Source of the DNA: an uncultured candidate division WWE3 bacterium
Lineage (GTDB): Bacteria; Patescibacteriota; WWE3; UBA101185; UBA10185
Direction: 5' to 3'
NCBI GenBank assembly: GCA_903879985.1
Contig: CAIRNR010000007.1
Location: forward strand, 649,925-713,924
Length of the DNA stretch: 64,000 bases
The notes under the pieces are model-generated. The model saw only the letters and a program-made list of their open reading frames with translations. It was not told the DNA's origin and ran no database searches. Each line of letters starts with the position of its first letter. Position 1 is the first letter of the stretch. Shown here piece by piece: positions 37,349-47,169 of the stretch. The position numbers and the translations under genes are program-made.

Positions 37349-38320
37349 TTATTCAGCGTCTTTAGCAAAAAGGACTTTTGCCATCTTTGCTAATCTTCGG
37401 CGGCCTTTGTAGATTACAGCTCCGAATAGTGATAGTACTAGCAAAATTGCGCCTGCAGCTCTGTATGGAAACATAAAAAAAGATGTACTGCTGGTTAGCA
37501 TTTGGTTATTATCGCCGTAAACCATAGAAATGGTGGCTGTAAATTTACCAATGGCCCATGGTTGATCCCATGTTCCGTAAAGGTTTCGTGTAGCACTTGG
37601 TAAAATATTTTTTTGTGTAATTTCAACTGTTGCTACTTTTTGACCGAAAAAGTTTGTGATTGTAATTCCACCTGTTGGTTTAATATGGACGGTACTGTCA
37701 TTTTTGACTTGAGCTTCAAAACCAACTGGTCCGTATTCAAATAATTTTTTGGTTGACGTAAATGTGGAAATAGATGCAGTTTCGTTAACAGAACCTGCGA
37801 CTCGTAACAATACTAATGCTGCTACTTCCTGTGATAATGTTGCACCCGTTGCTTTCATCCCTTGTGGGGCTTTAGTTCGGAAAATTATTGCACCATAATA
37901 GCCGCCCGGCTCGGCATTTTGAGGAATATTTATTCTAAAACCAATTAATCTACTAGTTTTAGCTGTAATAGGCGCAACATCTTTGCTTTCTTCGATCCAT
38001 GTTGCTAGTGAGAAACTATTTTCTTCATCTGATAACCCTACAGCTCCTTCGTCGCCCTTTGCGGTAAAGTTCTTTTTATCCAGCTCTATACCTAAATCAG
38101 CGTCAGTGAGGTTGTCAACTCTAATAGTATTATTTAAGGTGTCGCCTGGATTACCTGTGAGTTCAAATACTGGTGGGGATATAGCAATACCTTGTGTGGT
38201 CTGCGCACTAACTGCTTTTCCACAAGCAGTTGTTGCGACAAGAACTAACAATGTAATGGTGAAAGCAGTTATTTTATTTACTGTTGCCGTTTTTCTCAGC
38301 ATTTGTGTCCATTCTAGCAT
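37349..38320 (-). CDS. secreted/anchored surface protein, paralog of 39432..40448 (N-terminal signal/lipobox-like, C-terminal TM anchor)
   Basis: 'NAEPGGYYGAIIFR' and 'IKPTGGITITN' are shared with the paralog. C-terminal TM plus basic tail '...KGRRRLAKMAKVLFAKDAE'. Resembles DUF916/DUF3324-type proteins of Firmicute WxL loci; this is a tentative call. Confidence 0.5.
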   Translation of the reverse strand: MLEWTQMLRKTATVNKITAFTITLLVLVATTACGKAVSAQTTQGIAISPPVFELTGNPGDTLNNTIRVDNLTDADLGIELDKKNFTAKGDEGAVGLSDEENSFSLATWIEESKDVAPITAKTSRLIGFRINIPQNAEPGGYYGAIIFRTKAPQGMKATGATLSQEVAALVLLRVAGSVNETASISTFTSTKKLFEYGPVGFEAQVKNDSTVHIKPTGGITITNFFGQKVATVEITQKNILPSATRNLYGTWDQPWAIGKFTATISMVYGDNNQMLTSSTSFFMFPYRAAGAILLVLSLFGAVIYKGRRRLAKMAKVLFAKDAE

Positions 38321-38331
38321 TACTTATTTCT

Positions 38332-39414
38332 TTAGTACATTGGGACTGCAGTGAGGATCACAGATGTGGTATATGAACCTGCTTTTGTAGTACCAGAGAT
38401 ACCTATTTGATATCCAATTCTAGTTACATCGCTAGAAACTGGTGCTATGCTGTGTGCTACTTCTACTCCCGTAGTCGTAAAGGCTGCCCATTTATTACTG
38501 TTAAACCTTGCTGCCGTTCCTGCTAATGATGTAGAGGAAGTTGTGTAACCAAAACCTTCGGTACCTGCCGCTGTAAATGCTGTAGGTGTGGCATTAGAAC
38601 CTGCAAAGTCAGCTATAGTGTTTGTACCACTTGTTAAAGCACCCGAATATCTTGTGTAAACTGTATAACCCGAACCTGCGTTTGTGACTACGGTCATATC
38701 ATGTGCTGCAATTGCATTAGCGCCTGATGTAACTGTACCAAATGGAATCGTAGTTGGAGTAGTTGTTACGGTTGTAGTAGCACTGTTGACAGTGGAACCC
38801 GAGGCAATTGCTGAAATTGTAAATGTAAGTGCAGGATCTACTGTTAGAGAAACTGACTGACCTGTTGTGTATTGGTAAGCTAATACAGTTGAATCTACAG
38901 GACTGGTGGCGCAGTCAGTGTTGTTGTATGTGTTGAACTTAACGAAATAAGTTGTTCCGGCTGTGGAAGCATTTGTAATACCACTTAATACAACTGTTCT
39001 TCCTGTGGCGCCTGCTGGTGTCTCACCAGATGCGAAAGTTATTTTAATGGTACCGTTTGTAGAACCTGATGCTGCCCAGCTACCTGGTGTAGGAATATAA
39101 GTTGAAGTACCAACTAAAGCAACTGAATTTGTGTTAATACCACTTGGTGCTGCAGAACCAGCTGCGGTTGTTGAAAAAACAAGTTGAATACATTTAATTG
39201 CTGATGTTGTGACGTTATCAAATGTGCCTGTATATGTAACATTTGCGGTTGAAGGTCGTGAATCAGTTAAATTGATTCCACCATTTGTAAGAACGGAAGC
39301 TTTTGCTACGATTGCATTATTTGCTAATAAAATAAATGCGGCTAACGATAAGACTAAATTTAAAACTACGAATCTTTTTATATTTTTATTTATTTTTTTA
39401 TACATGGCAGACAT
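38332..39414 (-). CDS. secreted Thr/Ser/Gly-rich surface protein with C-terminal module shared with the giant protein
   Basis: Signal peptide. The last ~90 aa, 'EGFGYTTSS...IGYQIGISGTTKAGSYTTSVILTAVPMY', are homologous to the C-terminus of 40420..45459. Confidence 0.5.
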   Translation of the reverse strand: MSAMYKKINKNIKRFVVLNLVLSLAAFILLANNAIVAKASVLTNGGINLTDSRPSTANVTYTGTFDNVTTSAIKCIQLVFSTTAAGSAAPSGINTNSVALVGTSTYIPTPGSWAASGSTNGTIKITFASGETPAGATGRTVVLSGITNASTAGTTYFVKFNTYNNTDCATSPVDSTVLAYQYTTGQSVSLTVDPALTFTISAIASGSTVNSATTTVTTTPTTIPFGTVTSGANAIAAHDMTVVTNAGSGYTVYTRYSGALTSGTNTIADFAGSNATPTAFTAAGTEGFGYTTSSTSLAGTAARFNSNKWAAFTTTGVEVAHSIAPVSSDVTRIGYQIGISGTTKAGSYTTSVILTAVPMY

Positions 39415-39431
39415 TTTCTTTTTTAAATCAA

Positions 39432-40448
39432 TTACTTTTGTTGTGCGTTATCCTTTTCAAAAAGGACAGCGACAGCTTTTCGGAACCTATCTTTTTTAAT
39501 TATGATAAAACGTATTAGTAAAGTCAATGGCAAGACTGAAAGCAAAAATGGGAAAAGAGGAAATACCCAAAAAATAATCTCTCTTTGAATTTTTATTTTG
39601 CTGTTCCCTGCTTCTAAATCAAGGTTAAGACGGTATTTTCCCGGAAACATTTTTTTAGTTATTAATGAAATTATTTCTGTCTTTTCAGTTTGAGGTAGAA
39701 CTATTTTTGAAGGAATTTGTTCGTTAAAAATTATTTTTCCCGTAATTAAGTTTGTGATGGTTACGTTTCCTGTCGGAATTATGTGAATATTTCCCGGATT
39801 TTGGAAGGTTACGTTCATTTCGTTTGGGCCGAAGCTCGTAAAATTACTTATTTGCACATTTGTTAGGTTTAATCTTTCGTTTATATCACCGGGGGCGGTT
39901 AAAAAAATCAAAACCCCTACCCTACTCGTTATGTAGGTTTTCTTTCCTTCGTCTGTTGGGTTTTCCGGAGTGACTGGTTGAAAAAAGATTGTACCGTAAT
40001 GGCCACCAGGCTCTGCATTTTCAGGCATATTAATTGTTACAGTAATCTTTTTTGATTCACCTGGGTTAATAATAAAGTCCGCAGGTTCCAGTTTAATCCA
40101 CGAAGACGCGTCGTACATGCTTCGGGCGTTTATAGGAATACTTTCGTCAGCGTAAAAGTTTTTAGCTGATGCCTTTATTGGTAAAGGAAATGGGTTAACG
40201 TTGTATACCAAAATCTCGGCGGTGTTAACTTTTTTTGGCACTAAATTCATTTCGATGATTGCGGGAGAAACTCCAAATGTGACTTGATCTTTTATGTCTT
40301 GGAGTTGCAAGGTTTGGGCGTTTGCTTTTGGCGTATGTGGCAATAGCAATAATACATATGTTGTTATGCCTAAAATTATTGCGACAACCATTGTTTTCTT
40401 ATTCAAAATATTTTTCATCTTAATAAGAAGGCGTGACCGTATAAACAA
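39432..40448 (-). CDS. secreted/anchored surface protein, paralog of 37349..38320
   Basis: 'NAEPGGHYGTIFFQ' and 'IIPTGNVTITN'. C-terminal TM plus tail '...KKDRFRKAVAVLFEKDNAQQK'. Confidence 0.5.
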   Translation of the reverse strand: MFIRSRLLIKMKNILNKKTMVVAIILGITTYVLLLLPHTPKANAQTLQLQDIKDQVTFGVSPAIIEMNLVPKKVNTAEILVYNVNPFPLPIKASAKNFYADESIPINARSMYDASSWIKLEPADFIINPGESKKITVTINMPENAEPGGHYGTIFFQPVTPENPTDEGKKTYITSRVGVLIFLTAPGDINERLNLTNVQISNFTSFGPNEMNVTFQNPGNIHIIPTGNVTITNLITGKIIFNEQIPSKIVLPQTEKTEIISLITKKMFPGKYRLNLDLEAGNSKIKIQREIIFWVFPLFPFLLSVLPLTLLIRFIIIKKDRFRKAVAVLFEKDNAQQK

Positions 40449-43400
40449 TTACAGTTGTGTATGCACCGGTCATTTGAATAGCGTCCGTTTTTACTTGGTA
40501 AGTGATTGTAAAGTTATCGGTTACGGGACTACCGGTTACACCTGTATCATGGTCGGCAACAATATCTCCAGGTGCTGTTGATGAGAAAGGTGCGTAACAT
40601 GCACCACTATTTCCTCCTGGGCATGTGGCACTATTAAACTTATTTGCTCCTTGAATACTTGTGTCCGAAGAATTATAACCGAATCCCCTATCCCCTGTTA
40701 GCCAACCGTCGGGAGCTGCATAAGTTCCTCCATTAAAATCTGGAATTGTATAAATTGGATTTGCTGAAGATGTAAGTGGAGTTGTTTCGTACGCTTTTAT
40801 TACATAGCCGTTGTAGGCGTTGGTGGTTGTAGTTAAGGTTGTGGTTTTAGTATCGTTGAAGCTGTTTGTAGTACCAAGGTTTGAAAAAGTTACAGTTGTT
40901 GGTGACACTGTAAAAGTTAAGGATGGCGCTACAAGTTGGCCATTAGAAGATACTATTGCCGAATTTCCTGCGTTATCTACGGCACGCACGTTAAAGAAAT
41001 ACATCTGTGCGGTTCTAAGTGTAAGACTGGTTGCCGTAACCGACGTGTTTGTTGAGTTTGATGTCCAAGTTAATATATCTGTGCCGCCTGCGGATGATCC
41101 AATGGAGTAATCATAGCGTGATAGTCCAGAAACTGTAGCAACAAAGCCGTCCCAGTTGGCTGATAAACTAGATAGTGAACCATCGTTAAATGCTGCGTCT
41201 ATACCTGCGGCGGTGCCATCATAAACTGTGCCTCCGGTTGGAGCTGTGGAGTCTATTCCAAAGTCGCTGGCACTTTCGGCGTTACCCCCGTAGGCTACCC
41301 ACGAAGAATAAAGTCCTCCAGAATCCTTGGTGCGCGCTTGCCAGTGGTACTCCGTAGCGTCTGTAAGTCCACTTAGCGTTTGGTCTAGGCTTACGCCCGA
41401 ACCTGCAGATGCCGTACCAACAGCATTACAGCTTGTTTCAACATTTGTAAATGGCGTGCCCAAAGGTTGTGCTTCTATACATAGGTAAAGTGTGTCGGGA
41501 TTGTCTGGATCAGAACCTGATGCAGTAAATTTCATAGACGTCGTGTTGTTCCAGCTGCCTGTGGAAATTACCGAGTTAGTTGTGGTTTCCTGAATAAGTG
41601 TTGTTGGCGCGTTTGGTGCTTGGTTTGCTTTTACGAGCGTGGTGGTGCCGGCTAATTCAACGGATGCCGCAGGTTGTGCGTGTCCGTAGTCCAACAGTAT
41701 ATCGGTTGTTGAGTTCATATCGCTTAATTTTATAGTCTCATTGTTTGCAGTATTATTTGTGATATCTAAAACTGTATATACACATGTAGGAGATGAGTTT
41801 ACGGGCATATTTCCCGTTAATGTTGTTTTCTCCGTACCTAAGTATCCAGGATCTCCAAATGTTCCTGGTGTTGAATTAAACAATGTTTCATTTCCGTTGT
41901 AGTTACATGGCGAATCTTGATCATAATAAATATTTACATTAGCCAGCCCTGAACCGGCAACCACAGTTCCTGTGTCAGTTAACTTAATTCTAGTAACGTA
42001 TGCAGATCCTTGATCTAGCGTATATATAAAAGGAGCTCCTATATATGTATTGGTTGAAGGTACGTTTATAGTCGCGACCTGTGATCCTGAAGTTGTGACA
42101 TTGAGTTGTGCGTTATAACGTAAGTAGCGCATGGACATCAAAGCAAAATCAATATCACTAACATTAGGTGCTGATGTAAGTGTACTTATGGATGTTCTTA
42201 CACGCATGTTGCTTATTCCATCAATGGTATCAACATATACTGCAGGTGTTGTTTGAGGTCTGGCGAGTATCCAAGTATCAAACCATGCATACGCGGCTGT
42301 TGCATTTGTATCTGTACCTGGTGTGTTCGCCCATCCTGATGTTCCTTGTACGCCAGAGAAGTCTCTAAGTTGTACATCTTGTGTCATGGCAGTGTTGTTA
42401 GAATGATATTTAATTGCATAGTGCATCGCTGTAATAGACCCGTTCGATGCTACGTTCATTGGAAATGATAAGTTAGAAGATACCGCGTATTCTCCATTTA
42501 CAGTATCGTCATCATTATCAAGCGCATAAAAAGTTGCAGGATATTCTACAACAGCAGTCCTTTGCCATGTTGATGTAGTGGGGTTTACTGTTTTACCCTC
42601 CTTTGTATCTCTGGTGTTACTGCAGTCCGTAGTGGTTCCAGTTCCCCATGAAATTTCGCATTGCGCAGTATTTGTATTTGTCGAACCAGCTATCATATAA
42701 ATACGGTCAAAAACTAGGTTATATTTAGTTCCCGGTCCATTCGTTAAAAATCTTACCGTTACATCTCCTTGTGGGCTAATATAGTCACTAATGTTAAAAC
42801 CACCTATCGTTGTGCCGTTGAATGCGTATGCATACTCAACGTCAGCTGTAGTACCAGTAAAATTAGTACTTAACTGTGTCCAACTTGACGTGGTGTAGTT
42901 TCTTAAATAAACTCCGTATGTTAATGCTACATTAGAAACGTTCATCTCCGGAATAACTACAAAAGTATTCATACCCGGATACGTCTTTACATTGTTAAAG
43001 GTGAACTGCACATCTACCGGCTGTGAACTTGCCGGCATTGGAATTGTTAATCTGTTGTTATCGGAGCCATTTACTCCTGTGGACACGCCTCCAACTAAAT
43101 CAGAGATATAACCTGTCGGTGTACTTCCTGCTGCTATGGTCATGTCTCCAACCTCATAAATTGGATCTACACCAACCTCCACTTGTACGTTATCTAATCT
43201 ATGTTGTGTCGTGGAAGCTACTGTTGAATAAACTCTTAAAAGTAATGATCCTCCTATAACAAAATTAATTAATGGCGTTCGAACAACTGTTCCTGGTACC
43301 GATGTACGTGTTGAAAAATAGCCATCATATACTTCGTAAAGTCTTGCAGTAACCGTTGTATTAACATAATCAACTTTGCGTGGTTGCAATGTTCTCCATC

Positions 43401-45459
43401 CTCCTCCGGTACAGTCAGAATCTGCAGGGGCGTCTACACCTGTGGGGTCTTGCCAGTCGCATATTTGATGCGTGTAAGCGTCTCCAGTTGTAATATCTGA
43501 ATCGGTAATACTAATTAGCAACTTATTAATACCCTGTGGTATATCATAGGTATTTTGATACTGTGTATCTATCCCGTCTACATAAATTAATTTATTTAGT
43601 CCTCCAGGATTTGATCTTGCTGATATCCAATAGTTAGTATCTGCACCAAGTAGCGCTTTCCAGGATCCCGTATTAGTGTTGTCCGTTGCTACCTCAGATC
43701 CGGTGCGTAATATTCCGTTGGTAGGTTGAAAGCCCCTTCTTACGGTGACTTTATTAGGTTCTTCCACCCAACGAATACTCATCATGGCAAAAGCCCAGCT
43801 TCGATTGTTTGTCGCGGTAACGTTTGTACTGGCAGATGTTCTTAAACGCATGTTCATCAGGTTATTACCCGTATCTATAGAATCTTCCGGTGATGTTGTG
43901 ATTTCAGCGTTTACCCAGCTGTCTGTCCAGCCATATACTGTCGCTGAGGCGTTTGTATCTGTTGCAGGAGTACTTACCCAGCCCGATGTTCCTGATAATC
44001 CATAATAGTCACGAATTTGAGGATCAACTGTTTCTGTTGAGATATTAGATCTGTATTTTGCCGCATAAAGTATACCTGTAACGGATATCATGTGGCCAAG
44101 CCCTGTTGTTCTAATGGGAAATGAAATATTTTGAGATGCTGCGTATTCTCCATTATTTGCATCGTCATCATTATCAAGTGAGTAATATGAGCTGGGGTAT
44201 TCTAGTGTGGAACCTGCTTGCCATGTTGACACTGAAGGTGCTACTGTTTTACCCTCTTTTACAGTTGTTGTATTATAGCAATCTGTTGCAGTTCCAGTTC
44301 CCCATGAAATTTCGCATTTCGACGTGTCGGCGTTTACAGATCCCATCATCATATAAATGCGGTCAAATGAAATAGTATACTTTGAGGCGGGCGCATTTGT
44401 TAGAAATCGTATTGATACATTTCCGCTGGCACTTATATAGTCTGAAAGACTAAACCCTGGTATAGCGGTGTCATTAAATGCGTACACATACTCAACATCA
44501 GCAGCAGTTACCGTAAAGTTTGTTCCTCCCAATTGTGTCCACGTAGAGTTTGAATAATTTCTTATATATACGCTGTATGTAAGTGCAACATTTGACACCT
44601 TAATTTCCGGAGAAACTAATATCGTGTTCATTCCCGGGTATGTCTCTACGCCATTAAATGTAAATTGAATGTCTGCTGCATTTCCTGCTGAGGGCATAGG
44701 AATTGTTAATGAGTTATTATCTGATGCGTTTAAGTTGGTCGAAACAGCGCCAACCAAGTCAGAAATATAACCAGTTGGTGTACTACCTGCAGCGATATTA
44801 TAACCCCCTACTTCGTAATTTGGGTCAATGGCAACTTCCAACTGTACCCAGTCAAGTTTATGTAAGGTTGTTGATGCCACAGTGGAATAAACTCTAATCA
44901 TTACTCTGTTGTTTTGTGAAGCGTCTATAAAGTTAGTTAGTGGTGTGCTGACTACTGTTCCCGGTACGGAGGTACGTGTTGAGAAATAACCATCATATAT
45001 TTCGTAAGTTCTGGTTACATCTGCAGTACTTGTATAGTCAACTCTACGTGGTTGTAATGTTCTCCATCCTCCTGTGGTGCAATCGGTGTCGGCTACTGCG
45101 TCCACTCCAGTTGAATCAGACCAGTCGCATATCTGATGTGTAAATGCGTCTGCAGTGGTGGTGTTACTATCATCGATGGTCAATAGAAGTTTGTTAGCTC
45201 CCATTAACGCAACGCCATCAATATAAATAATTTTATTTAATCCTCCAGGATTTGACCTTGCTGTTATCCAATAATTTGAATCGTTTCCTAATGTACCTTT
45301 CCAGTCGCCTGTATTATCGGAACCTGTGGCAATAGGTGTACCCATTCTAAGTGCCCCACCAGTTGGGGGGAATACTGAAGCCGCATAAGTCTTTCCAAAA
45401 GAAAAAGTAATCCAGACCAAACACATGATAATAAAAGATAATATTTTAAATTTACTCAT
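40420..45459 (-). CDS. giant secreted surface protein (1679 aa) with tandem ~545-aa internal duplication, FN3-like region and shared C-terminal module
   Basis: Signal peptide 'MSKFKILSFIIMCLVWITFSFGKTYAAS'. Repeats cover aa 31-578 and 579-1119 at about 60% identity. The 'TEYHWQARTKDSGGLYSSW' segment is FN3-like. The C-terminus is '...TGAYTTVIVYTVTPSY'. Confidence 0.6.
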   Translation of the reverse strand: MSKFKILSFIIMCLVWITFSFGKTYAASVFPPTGGALRMGTPIATGSDNTGDWKGTLGNDSNYWITARSNPGGLNKIIYIDGVALMGANKLLLTIDDSNTTTADAFTHQICDWSDSTGVDAVADTDCTTGGWRTLQPRRVDYTSTADVTRTYEIYDGYFSTRTSVPGTVVSTPLTNFIDASQNNRVMIRVYSTVASTTLHKLDWVQLEVAIDPNYEVGGYNIAAGSTPTGYISDLVGAVSTNLNASDNNSLTIPMPSAGNAADIQFTFNGVETYPGMNTILVSPEIKVSNVALTYSVYIRNYSNSTWTQLGGTNFTVTAADVEYVYAFNDTAIPGFSLSDYISASGNVSIRFLTNAPASKYTISFDRIYMMMGSVNADTSKCEISWGTGTATDCYNTTTVKEGKTVAPSVSTWQAGSTLEYPSSYYSLDNDDDANNGEYAASQNISFPIRTTGLGHMISVTGILYAAKYRSNISTETVDPQIRDYYGLSGTSGWVSTPATDTNASATVYGWTDSWVNAEITTSPEDSIDTGNNLMNMRLRTSASTNVTATNNRSWAFAMMSIRWVEEPNKVTVRRGFQPTNGILRTGSEVATDNTNTGSWKALLGADTNYWISARSNPGGLNKLIYVDGIDTQYQNTYDIPQGINKLLISITDSDITTGDAYTHQICDWQDPTGVDAPADSDCTGGGWRTLQPRKVDYVNTTVTARLYEVYDGYFSTRTSVPGTVVRTPLINFVIGGSLLLRVYSTVASTTQHRLDNVQVEVGVDPIYEVGDMTIAAGSTPTGYISDLVGGVSTGVNGSDNNRLTIPMPASSQPVDVQFTFNNVKTYPGMNTFVVIPEMNVSNVALTYGVYLRNYTTSSWTQLSTNFTGTTADVEYAYAFNGTTIGGFNISDYISPQGDVTVRFLTNGPGTKYNLVFDRIYMIAGSTNTNTAQCEISWGTGTTTDCSNTRDTKEGKTVNPTTSTWQRTAVVEYPATFYALDNDDDTVNGEYAVSSNLSFPMNVASNGSITAMHYAIKYHSNNTAMTQDVQLRDFSGVQGTSGWANTPGTDTNATAAYAWFDTWILARPQTTPAVYVDTIDGISNMRVRTSISTLTSAPNVSDIDFALMSMRYLRYNAQLNVTTSGSQVATINVPSTNTYIGAPFIYTLDQGSAYVTRIKLTDTGTVVAGSGLANVNIYYDQDSPCNYNGNETLFNSTPGTFGDPGYLGTEKTTLTGNMPVNSSPTCVYTVLDITNNTANNETIKLSDMNSTTDILLDYGHAQPAASVELAGTTTLVKANQAPNAPTTLIQETTTNSVISTGSWNNTTSMKFTASGSDPDNPDTLYLCIEAQPLGTPFTNVETSCNAVGTASAGSGVSLDQTLSGLTDATEYHWQARTKDSGGLYSSWVAYGGNAESASDFGIDSTAPTGGTVYDGTAAGIDAAFNDGSLSSLSANWDGFVATVSGLSRYDYSIGSSAGGTDILTWTSNSTNTSVTATSLTLRTAQMYFFNVRAVDNAGNSAIVSSNGQLVAPSLTFTVSPTTVTFSNLGTTNSFNDTKTTTLTTTTNAYNGYVIKAYETTPLTSSANPIYTIPDFNGGTYAAPDGWLTGDRGFGYNSSDTSIQGANKFNSATCPGGNSGACYAPFSSTAPGDIVADHDTGVTGSPVTDNFTITYQVKTDAIQMTGAYTTVIVYTVTPSY
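42103..43725 (-). repeat. intragenic tandem repeat unit 2 of the giant surface protein (approximate bounds)
   Basis: aa 579-1119 'PTNGILRTGS...NPGGLNKLIYVDG...DNDDDTVNGEYA...'. Confidence 0.6.
43726..45369 (-). repeat. intragenic tandem repeat unit 1 of the giant surface protein (approximate bounds)
   Basis: aa 31-578 'PPTGGALRMG...NPGGLNKIIYIDG...DNDDDANNGEYA...' aligns along its whole length to unit 2. Confidence 0.6.
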
Positions 45460-46129
45460 TTGTAATACTCAATTTTCCGTCAATAAATTGAACGTCGTAT
45501 ATTACGTTTTTCATTTCGATTTTTGTTGGTACATCGCTGTTCTCCATTGATTGTGAGAATGTTGTGTTATTTACAAGATCTACTCCGATAAGTGACTTAT
45601 TGTCATTTGAAGGGAAAATTAGTGTGTCGCTGTTTAATGCTTCAATTGGCGAGTTATCTGGTAAGTCTAAAACAGTTTGCATTGCCCACGTAAGTTCCGA
45701 ATTCTTTTCCCAAAGCTGGGCTTTATCTAAACCTTTTTTTATTATGCACGGGTCGTTGTTGGCTACAACAAAAACGCATTGTGTAATATCAAAGTTAGGA
45801 TCTTGGCTGTTATTTGAAATCACAGTGCTATCAATAACTCTTGTTGGTGCATCAATTGTTAGGTTGTCTAAGGCTGAGCGATCTATTATTTCGGGGGCGG
45901 CTGTTGCTGTAGTTTCTGATGTTTGTTGTACGTCTGTTGCTGAAAGCACGTCGCCAGCTGTGGGATTAGCTGAAGAAGTAGACTCACTTGTTTCCTGCGT
46001 GGCGTTTTCTTCTTGGGCGTAAACAATACCAATACCTGCAACAACAAACACAACACTCACAAGTATTAAAAAAGCAGGTATATAAATTTTAATTCTACTC
46101 ATTGTTTTCTTAGTATTAGTTTCTCCCAC
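45452..46129 (-). CDS. signal-anchored secreted hypothetical protein (225 aa)
   Basis: An N-terminal TM helix is followed by Thr/Ser-rich and Asn-rich segments. It overlaps both neighbours. Confidence 0.4.
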   Translation of the reverse strand: MGETNTKKTMSRIKIYIPAFLILVSVVFVVAGIGIVYAQEENATQETSESTSSANPTAGDVLSATDVQQTSETTATAAPEIIDRSALDNLTIDAPTRVIDSTVISNNSQDPNFDITQCVFVVANNDPCIIKKGLDKAQLWEKNSELTWAMQTVLDLPDNSPIEALNSDTLIFPSNDNKSLIGVDLVNNTTFSQSMENSDVPTKIEMKNVIYDVQFIDGKLSITNE

Positions 46130-47169
46130 ACATTTAAAATCATTGTATCTATTTGAACAAGTTTATCTATTAGTCTATCTATAATATCTTTCTTTGGCTG
46201 GGGTGTCTCAGCATTAAACATAAAATCTTTGGTGAACTGTTTAGTTGTTTCTGCGCCCAATATATTATTTGAATCATGGGTTACGTCGTAAAATTCCATG
46301 CGAGTTGTTGAATTTGGTGAGGCTAGTTGGCTTTCGGTTTCTCCCCTCTTTTGCATAACACCCATAACTGCAGCATTGCTTGACTCACTTACTGGTGTTT
46401 CAGAAATAAAGTATGCAATTGTGGCAAAATCTTTAAGAACATTTGTGCCCTTACCATCGTTGGCTAGTACTGCTGAGGTTGGCATGTATTTAACTTTTGT
46501 TATTCCAGGGGCTTTGGCTTTAAAATAAATTGTGGCAAAATCACCTGCAGCATCAACATATCCCGGATTTGGTACGCCGCCTATTAGTTGGATATACCCT
46601 GCCTCATTGTCTACGTCGTTTTGAATAAAAATTGTGGCAAAAGAATTGTCTGTTACAACTTTTACAACTTCCAATGTTTTAGGGTCAAAGCTTATATCGG
46701 TTTTAACAACATTAACAGGAACTTTAATTTGAGTAATTTTTACATCCAGAGGAAATATTGCGCCCAAAGATATATCTTGTTTTGCGGGTAGTACAAAGAA
46801 AGCTGTCTTTTCTGCGGGTACCTGTGCGTTTTTAAATATTGTAACTATCTTGATTTCCAAAAAAACAAACCCGATAGAAAAGGCTGACATCACTAGGATA
46901 AGTAAAGCATTCCCGAATGCTGAGCGCAGTGTCGCCGGATTGCTAATTACTTCTTTTTCGCGAACGCGTCCGCAAACAAAACATTTGTTCCCTATTTTTG
47001 TTGTGCGGCACATCAAACACATTTCTTGTTCTGGGAAAATCAGCATCCAAATTGGATAAGCAAATGCAATGATTGGACCAAATACTGCCATTGCATGGAT
47101 AATCACCCACGATACAAGTGCTAATATCAAAAGTCGTATTAATTTAAAAGCGTCATCAATAAATTTCAT
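46099..47169 (-). CDS. membrane protein with zinc ribbon between two TM helices and a beta-rich extracytoplasmic domain
   Basis: 'CLMCRTTKIGNKCFVCG' is a CxxC-x9-CxxC ribbon flanked by hydrophobic helices. The C-terminal ~250 aa are beta-rich ('DFATIYFKAKAPGITKVKY'). Confidence 0.45.
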   Translation of the reverse strand: MKFIDDAFKLIRLLILALVSWVIIHAMAVFGPIIAFAYPIWMLIFPEQEMCLMCRTTKIGNKCFVCGRVREKEVISNPATLRSAFGNALLILVMSAFSIGFVFLEIKIVTIFKNAQVPAEKTAFFVLPAKQDISLGAIFPLDVKITQIKVPVNVVKTDISFDPKTLEVVKVVTDNSFATIFIQNDVDNEAGYIQLIGGVPNPGYVDAAGDFATIYFKAKAPGITKVKYMPTSAVLANDGKGTNVLKDFATIAYFISETPVSESSNAAVMGVMQKRGETESQLASPNSTTRMEFYDVTHDSNNILGAETTKQFTKDFMFNAETPQPKKDIIDRLIDKLVQIDTMILNVWEKLILRKQ

